A stretch of 63,942 nucleotides of DNA, the filler included, from Blastocystis sp. subtype 4 (lineage: Eukaryota), in NCBI RefSeq assembly GCF_000743755.1. It is 3 parts of 3 records of this genome, joined end to end, with 100 filler letters (N's around TTAATTAATTAA, not from the genome) between each part and the next. Parts side by side here need not be neighbours in the genome. Positions count along the whole stretch, not along the records: positions 43,293 to 63,942 come from NW_014569352.1; 2 more parts are not named here. One strand, written 5' to 3'. This document shows, piece by piece, positions 55,793-63,942 of the stretch. The notes beneath the pieces are model-generated. The model ran no database searches. It worked only from the letters and a program-made list of their open reading frames with translations, and had not been told where the DNA came from. Within the stretch, counting starts at the first letter, position 1; the number at the start of each line of letters is the position of its first letter. Both the position numbers and the translations under genes were made by a program.

Positions 55793-56843
55793 TTAAAGAC
55801 TGTATTCACACGCTTTGGAGCAGGAGTCATAGACCGTTCTGTAGGTGCTGCTCCTGAAGTTCGCTTAGTTCCTTCAGAGGTACGGAAAATGCTGTCCTTC
55901 TTGAACGCTATTCATGAATTTCTATGCAAACAACATTACGATCCGCAATAACACCCTGTGCCACTAGAGTTCGTCTTTTGTTTTGGGTTCTATTTTGGAA
56001 TTGTTGCCAGGCTGTCTGCTTGCTCTTCAAAAAGTCGTTCTCCTCCTTCGCTTCTTTCGCCCTTTGTAGCAAGAAGAGTTTCTTCTTCTTCTGATTTACA
56101 GTTTTCTTGTCATCGGTTGGAAGAATGCGGAGGTCATCGCTTGGTTGCTCTTCAGTTGCCTTCACAGCCACTCTATTACTAACCAGTATCATACACTTTC
56201 ACTTCAAACTTGACTTGGGCACAGAATCATAAGTATTGAACTTGGTGTATCGGATGTTTGCAGTGTCTCCTACAATACTCTCAATAATAGCATCATAGAA
56301 GTTTCCATCGCCATGATAAATCACACGACATTTGGCTCCAGCCTATTTCATTAACAATTATAACCTCTATAACCTTGATATCTTTCTCCGGAAGGTGATC
56401 TACAGTGTCCCAGCGAGAAGTAGGTTTCCGGATTTGAGACATATCAAGAACAGCAGAACTATTGTATCCAATATAAAATACAGTCACATCAATTTGAAAC
56501 TCATCAATTTGGTGAATGATGGCTATTTGTTAACTTTGACCATCCTCACCTACCAGGATAATATTTGTTGTCATCTTTATATAATGCTTCACACCGATCA
56601 CCAACTTTCCACTCGATGAAGTTTGCTATTAATAAAAGGTCATTTTCAATCTCACAATTCTTGTTTTCTTTCTTTTCTACAACAACAGATTGTGCTTCTT
56701 TGGGTTGACTATCTCTACGCTCCAGTTCCTTCCCAATCATATACTTTTCACTTGTTCCCTCCTTTCTCAAATCGATACCAAAGGAACTCATTCTACAGAA
56801 GAAATGTTTGAAATTGGTTGGTTCTTACAAAGAATTCTTCCAT
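55793..56843 (-). CDS. SPF30/SMNDC1-like Tudor protein (two Tudor domains)
   Basis: WKVGDRCEALYKDDNKYYP, a second Tudor exon near 56200-56340, C-terminal KQTAWQQFQNR. Confidence 0.7.
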
Positions 56844-56864
56844 AAATTAACATACTCCCCTAAA

Positions 56865-57576
56865 TCACGCGGACATTGACGTTTGTTCCGTTTCCTTCAT
56901 TGCTTTCTTTGATGCCTTATTGGCCTTTTCTTTCTTGGAATCCTTTTCAGAAGTCTTCTTTCCACCCTTTTCCGATCCTTTCTTCTTTTGTGCCTTTGCT
57001 TCAGCTTCAGCAGCCGCTTTCGCAGCCTTTTCGCGATCCTGCTTCCTCTGCTGATTTGTCATCGTTCGTCCAATCTTGTAGAAGACTTCACTACAATCAT
57101 TACTGATAATCAATGAATACTAATCCTCTGGATCAAGCTTGATATCAAGGAACGTGTGAGGTTTTGATAAGAATGCTTCCTACTGATCACCCTTCCTTTC
57201 CACACTCACTTTACGTGTTTCTTCAATCATCTTGGGCATAGCTTTCAAATTCTTGTCAATAAGAGCCACTCTATACCATCATCGCCATTTCGCAAATCAT
57301 ACCTATCTGCAAGTGCTCGTTCATCTGCATGACCCTTTGGAGGACGAGGGATCCAGGACTTCTTTGGTTTGTCCCATTCTGGATTCCACTCTAGATTGTC
57401 ATAAATGTCCTTTATCTGGTACGTGCTGGAACTCCGTTAATGGTTCCATATCGCAGACACTCCTTTCGGATGCGAGCAATCCTTCTTGCCGACAACTTGG
57501 GTTTTCTCCATACTCCTTCCACAAGTTGTGGCTTTATTGCTTTTGAAATCATTTCAAGTTGATAGTACTTGCTCAT
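56865..57576 (-). CDS. Mitoribosomal protein mL59-like
   Basis: GVWRKPKLSARRIARIRKE...PKGHADER...IDKNLKAMPKMIEE. Confidence 0.65.
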
Positions 57577-57638
57577 GATTGCAGGAAAAAGAGTAATGAC
57601 AATGAACTCCAAAACAAACACAACAAAGGAGAATAGAG

Positions 57639-60600
57639 CTACAAAGACATGAATGAAGCAGATGCAACACCGGGATAGGAAGAAATCGCTTCGACCGCTT
57701 CTTTCAAACAATCCTACTCTTAACAATCCCTTTCGATTCTACTTCATCGACCTCTGAAAGCATGACAATGATCTGATAGTTGTCGGCATCATATCGAATC
57801 TGACGGATAAAGCGAGAAATCGCAAGTGTTTGCATTTGTGAGCTGATGCTGATTTGATTGCTACAGATCATCCTTTGCTCCTATTTATACCTGCTAAAAC
57901 TAGCATCATGATCCAGTTGAATGACTAACTTGCGTTTTCCTTCCAAGATCATTGATGCTTCTGCTACCACTTCAGTGGCTGAAGGTCGTTGTGTTGGGTC
58001 TCGAGCGAGCATTCGCATGATTAGAGAGAAGAGAGCCGAGCTGATTCCAGGTCGTGACTCCGGACATGCTCCATTCCTAGGTTGGTCTAGAATGAAGTAT
58101 CGTTCTGACTTCGTCTTAAAGGCAGGATACGTCATTTCATAAAGAACCATACCAGCAGAATAAATATCGCTTTTCGTATCATACTGAGCACTCTTTGTAA
58201 ACTGCTCTGGACTAGCATAAATGAATGTGCCTATATTCGTAGTCGTAGGCATTGTAGAGGTAGATGAGTCTGTGATTGTTGAAGACGATGAGACACCTTG
58301 TAACATATCTGGTGATTCTACCTCTGACATATCTCGAGACAGACCAAAGTCACCTAGACGGACCACACCATCATCACTATAAAAGATATTGGCTGGCTTC
58401 ACATCTCGATGAATGATGTGTTTACTATGAATGTGTTCGAGTGCTCGACCTAGCTGGACACAAACTTGGAGAATCTCTTCCTCCTTCACTACTCGTTCTG
58501 GATCCTCCAAGTAATTATTGAGAGTTCTGTTACCACAGTAGGCCATCTGAATATACAGAACCAAGGCATTATCTTGTAACAAACTACGACTTGCAGTAGC
58601 ATTACGTTGTAGAGAAGGCTGTACAGAGGACTGCTGAGATGGCTGTTGGTATGAGGATTGAGAACAACCATCCCATGGCTCCATCTCATCTGACAAAGCC
58701 TGTGATGGGATACACTCATCTGTTATTTTACAAAGAGATGGCTTTGGAGAGATAGGAGTGGTGACAGATGTCTTCTGAGTCATCACAGTAGAAGAAGTGG
58801 AGACTGAAAATGAAGTCGAAGTGGAACTCGAAGAATCAATCAAATCCTGATTATTGGCTCCAGAGAACAGAGATAATGGAGCCGTATCTTCAAACTCAAA
58901 TGGACAGGATACTGTGTCTGTAAGAAGCAATTCTTTATCCCAATCAATATCATTCTCATTCCCGCGGTTCCATATACTTGGAGACGGATTGGGGATTGGA
59001 TCATAGAATGATTGATTCGTATAAGAGAATAGAGGTTGGGTATCCAATTGCAAGGAGAATTGATTGTCTAACTGATTCGTAATCTCGGTAGCAAGCGTAG
59101 ACAACTGTGTATCAAATTCAGGAGACAACTGCGTGAACAAGGATGTGTTACTGGTTTCAGATCCCTTCTTGGATCTCTGCAACTCATTATCAAGAGCCGA
59201 TAAGGGTACAAACTCCAACCATGCCTATTCCTGATCAATATTCTCAGTTCTTACATTGTAAAAGCGTACAATGTTCACATGATCAAACTTGGCAAACACT
59301 CGTACTTCACGCAGTACATGAAGAGTACGATTATTACTATTTCCTCCTGCACACAGAATCACCTTCTTCACTGCATAGTCCACACGTTCGAAAGACTTTG
59401 TAGCTAGAAATACAGCACCGAAACCTCCACGGCCGAGTATGGATCCTTCCTACAAATAAGAGAAAGAAACGAGAACCACGGTAAAATCCTGGCGATAGCG
59501 GCCCGTACAGAGAGGCAGATTCACACCCATAAGAGAGATGTGGTGAAGGCCACTGAGATCAGAGGTAAGAACATTCGTGGAGTTGGGAAGTACAGCCATT
59601 GTTAAACCTGGCTTTGGTGAATAACCATGGATATGACTGAAGTCTGTAGAATCCACGGGAATGGATGCTGAGCTCGAGTTCCGGTCCTCAAGAACAGGTG
59701 GCATTTCGGATTCACCAATCTTCTGAATGGTAGACGTCGAAAACGGATAATTAGCAAGAGAAGTAGTGTTGGGTACAGATGACGTGACCTCCTTCTCGTC
59801 GTTCGGAGCGAGCCAGCAAAAGTAACGATAACTCAGGAAAACGATGATGACGAACACTACAGTGGTGAGAAAGATTATCAGATGATGGAGTGGTGACAAG
59901 GGGTTCAATGGAGCCGAAGCGAAAGGATGGACTCCTTCTCGATATGTCCAATCCTTCAGAGCCACAACGCCATGACTCACTTCTTGGGGCTCCACCAGAT
60001 CTGTATTGCCTTTGCTTGGAATCACACCCATCTCTTCGCGTGATGGATACAAGGGTCCCAGAAGAGGTAGATCCGAAGTAGAATGAGATGGATCGAGAGA
60101 AGCAAGGAGAACGTGATCCTCGACTTGATGGGAGTAGTCTAGAAGACGTACACCATCCAGATTGGTGGTTCTTCCTGCATGCATCGAGCGAGTATTCCGA
60201 ATCAGCACAAAGGTACTGTTATTTGCATAATATGATTGTATAAGCATGGAAGGAAAACGATGGTCCCACATCATATTACCAAATTCATCATAGGCTTGGA
60301 TGGTAAATGCATCAGAATAGATTAGTTCCTCAATGGAAGTAATATCACTCAGATGACGCATCTACACTTCAATTCACTCATTTGGACATACAACCTCGTG
60401 ACTGAATTGTAAGGAGACAGTATTGGTAGTAAGGTTCCAAAACTCATATCCTTTGTTGCTGAAACAATTAACACTCTTTTCTACACGAATAACACGAATA
60501 TCAGAGAGAGAGGAAGTGATGCCCGAAGCATCACAAGTAGACAGTTTCCCAGAAATGGCATCCAATGTGATAAACGAACTCTTTTTTCCTCCCATGAATA

Positions 60601-61192
60601 GAAGAGATATGTCTTCACCACGATCAGGTACTTCGACAGTAACTGCATCTTGATTAATAATTGTATCAATAGAATGCTGGAAAACATTGAATTTGCCGTC
60701 AACACGAGGAAGTAAAATGTATCCGTCTAACGAGACAAGCATTTCAGTAAACGGTTTGGACACAACAGCTACGAGTTAGTGAAAGCAAAGAACAGAACAT
60801 TGGACTGAAGTGGAGTTTCCAAAAGAGTCGTATTCTTTTGGAGGGGGCTGTGCCTCAGTCACTTTCATAAGCTTATCGCTCACTTTCCTTGCCCAGAGTA
60901 TCTCTCCATTGTCCGCATCCAGAGCATACAATACTCCATCCAAATCGAGAACGTATACACCTGGATGCTTATTAAATGGGACAATATTATGTGTCGCCTC
61001 CTCAGCAACGACTTCTTCATAATCATACTCTGTCTCTTCCAGAAAGAGATCCTTTTCTTGATCATATTCATCTTTCATTTCACTGTCAAATTCAACTACA
61101 TCCTTTTCGAGATGCGGATCAGCTCGAACAAAGGATAAGAGCAATGACAACAAAACAGTCCCGCTAATGGCAACTCGCTTCAATTTCATCAT
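57639..61192 (-). CDS. PERK-like transmembrane eIF2-alpha kinase
   Basis: Signal peptide, IRE1/PERK-type luminal LDGVLYALDADNGEILW, TM, GRYRQDF, LGRGGFG, long kinase insert, LYIQMAYC, HRDVKPANIF, DFGL, GTFIYASPEQ; two further 3' exons through introns. Confidence 0.88.
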
Positions 61193-61546
61193 ATCTGCAG
61201 CAACAATGACAAAGTGTCACTAATCACAGAGATAATTGCGAAAAAGGAGAGTGTGTTTAGTGGTTATGATTATCAAGACGACTATCACTGGTTCTGATCT
61301 AAACGATATAGGCTTCGCAAACGGCTCTCTAACTCGTATCAGTGATATAAAAAGAGTGGAAGAACCTATACAGCCATATTTCCATCTTTGTCATGATGAT
61401 GTCCGTCGTTTGTATCTCTCCACCTCTCATAAATAATCAGAATGGTCTTATATAGCCAAACTACAGAATCGATTTTAAATCAGCTTCATACAGGCGTTTC
61501 ACCCATTTCAATTTGAGTGCATCCAGTTATAGGAAGACAGTAGAGA

Positions 61547-63261
61547 ATGGAAAACGGTGAAGCTGAAGTACCTTAGGATACATTGGAATGACAAATAGCA
61601 GGTTACGTGCTGCAGTTGTTGCAAGCAGCCTACGGATGAAGACCTTCTTGTTCTTTGTGATGGATGTGATCGAGCTTATCACACATACTGCATGGTATGG
61701 AAGTGGAACCGAACAGATTGATGTTTATAGACTGGTTGCGATTGCTGTGGAAAAGTGCCCAACAGACAATTCAAAAAGGTGATGGAGGTTCCGGAAGGTA
61801 ACTGGTATTGCAAGCACTGCCGAGATCACCTTCCCGCCCTTGCTGAAGGAGAAGAACCTAAGACTGTAATGTATGGTTGGGGCAATAACCACAGTGGATG
61901 TGTATGTCCTTTTCGATGGTATAAGACATAGTTGGGTTCTGGTATTGCTAGAGAATTGATCTCAACACCAACTCTTCTCACAGAGGTTCAGGGAAGTATT
62001 ATACAGTGTTTTGATGTGGGCGATGTGGGTTTCATTAGCTCGTTTCATCTGTAGGAGACATCGATTCTTGTGGATATCAAAGGAGGTGTATACACATGTG
62101 GAGATGGTACGAACGGTCAACTTGGCCACCAAGATGTTGTTCACGAGAGTCTTGATCACTTCCGTCGTGTGGATTTCTTCCAGAGCAGCAAGATTAGTAA
62201 AGGAGAAGGTCAGATCAACAGGGTTGTTAGCAGTGCGGATAATATGTATGCTATCACATGCAATGGGCATTTGTATGGATGGGGAGGTAATTCCCAGGGA
62301 GAGTTGGGCCATATGGACTACAAGCCCAAGAGGTTGCCAAAGAAGAACAGTGTGGGTGATAAAGGTATCTCTCAAAGATAGGCTTTCCGTGAGATGAATG
62401 TTGCTGTGATGCAGTTGGTGACTGGAGACCACCATGCCTTGGTTCTCTCACACGAACCTCAAGTGTATGCGATGGGAGACAATACACAGTAGGCAAGAAA
62501 GAGTAGCCTGAGGTATAGACGTCAGTTGGGTGTAAGTAACAATTCATTGGAATGGACTCCCAAGATGCTGTGTCAGGAGTGGAAACATGTATTGAAAGAG
62601 AGATAATGATGATTTGTAGGATCGTACAGTGGTAGAAGATCCTGATATCCCTCGTAATGTTACTCGCATATTTGCTGGAGGCAATACCAGCATGTGTTGT
62701 GATCGTAAAGGGAACTGGTACATGTGGGGACTTGATATATTGAGACAGTCCAAGTCCATCCAGCAGAAGCCCTCTGTCTCTTTCATGAATGTTCGCAGTG
62801 TTATTCCTTATCCTCAGTTGGTCAATCTGTTCTCCTTTGAGGTGAAAGATCTGGCTATTGGAGAGCAGCACATTCTTGCTCTTGATACGGACGGCAATGT
62901 ATATGCTGCTGGGTCCAATTTGAAGGGTCAGTGTGCTGCAACTGGCGAGTTTATACCCCAATTCACAAAGGTGAATGTTCCCGCGGGAATGCAGGGTGTT
63001 TTCGCGATTGGCTATGTGAGTGGTTGTTATGGCCCTGAGGGATTGTATATGTGGGGAGATTGTGAGAGCCTGATCATGTCGATATTTACCGACAAGACGG
63101 AAGGAGCCAAGCCAAGAGCTGTTCCTAATCTGAAGAATGTGGAAATGGTGAAAGCAAGCGGAACCCATATTCTAGTACAGTGTGCCGTGGAACAGTCGAG
63201 AAAGAGAGAAACCGAAGGAGAAGAGGAATCGGAGGCGAAGAAGGCTAAAGTGGATGCTTAA
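61547..63261 (+). CDS. PHD finger + RCC1-repeat protein
   Basis: CSCC..LVLCDGCDRAYHTYC...VPEGNWYCKHC, then GDGTNGQLG, GGNSQGELG, GSNLKGQC repeats; C-terminal basic NLS-like tail. Confidence 0.8.
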
Positions 63262-63465
63262 TCGCTTACTTTTCTTTTTTATCATGTGGTGGTTTTGTTT
63301 GTTTGGAGACTCGTGAAATATGATTGTGTCTAAGTGTACGGTGTGCGTCACAGTGTTTGAGCATGTCGGATGTGCAACGACAATCATGTATGAGACCATT
63401 CATTTTCTATATACAAAGTATTCAGGGTACTATGCCTCATCAACGAATTGACATTAGGGAGAAAC

Positions 63466-63942
63466 ATGGGTCACAAGTATCGTAATCTGATTTTGGGTTA
63501 TATTACCGTCTTCATGGATGTCCTCGGGTTCTCAATTGTTGTTCCCGTCCTTCCGTATCTCTCTTCATCGCTAGGAGCTAATTCTATGCAAGAGGGAGTG
63601 TTGTTTAGTGGGTATTGTTTTACCCAGATGATTAGTATGTGTAAATCAGGCTGTTAACACCAAGGTCTTCTTATTATGGGAAGTGGAAGTGATTTGTATG
63701 GACGAAAACTCTTCTTCATTCTCTCTCTCATGGGTTCCTGTTTCGGTAAAGTGCTTGATGAGTGAGTAATGGTGTTAGGAGCTATCTTGCAGGGAGTGTC
63801 AAAGAATATTTGGACGTTGATCTTTTGGCGTTGTTTAACTGGGTTGTTTGCTGGTTCTCCAATTGTAACACAGGCGTATGAGTATATGTGACATATGAAT
63901 GTGTAGTTTGATTGCTGATTGTACTTCTGTGGAAGATCGAAA
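63466..63942 (+). CDS. MFS transporter (TetA/MFSD14-like), 3'-truncated
   Basis: VFMDVLGFSIVVPVLPYL, GSGSDLYGRK (motif A), RCLTGLFAGS. Confidence 0.85.

Noticed and set aside
61236..61436. Small ORF between the kinase and PHD-RCC1 genes (also 43687-43974)
   Set aside because: No recognisable coding signal; probably divergent promoter sequence.

Overview
Compact eukaryotic nuclear DNA, very probably Blastocystis (an anaerobic gut stramenopile). The evidence is gene-dense packing, abundant ~28-33 nt GT-AG introns, and a TGTTTGTT element 4 nt downstream of predicted mRNA 3' ends. The window joins three contigs (1-21586, 21687-43192, 43293-63942) with N-TTAATTAATTAA-N linkers and holds about 35 protein genes and 3 tRNAs. 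Main observations: (1) about 8 genes seem to lack a usable genomic stop and would get UAA/UGA from polyadenylation, often through back-to-back TGTTTGT..ACAAACA elements shared by convergent genes; (2) an inverted duplication of a pescadillo + TPP1/Est3-like OB-fold cassette, with near-identical PES1 3' ends but highly diverged TPP1-like paralogues; (3) a bacterial LsrG/ABM-type gene with 4 introns and an apparent mitochondrial presequence; (4) a class II (B12-dependent) ribonucleotide reductase; (5) a tRNA-Val with GAC anticodon; (6) a frameshifted histone H3; (7) an RME-8 whose J domain lacks HPD. All gene models and family calls are by eye; no searches were run.
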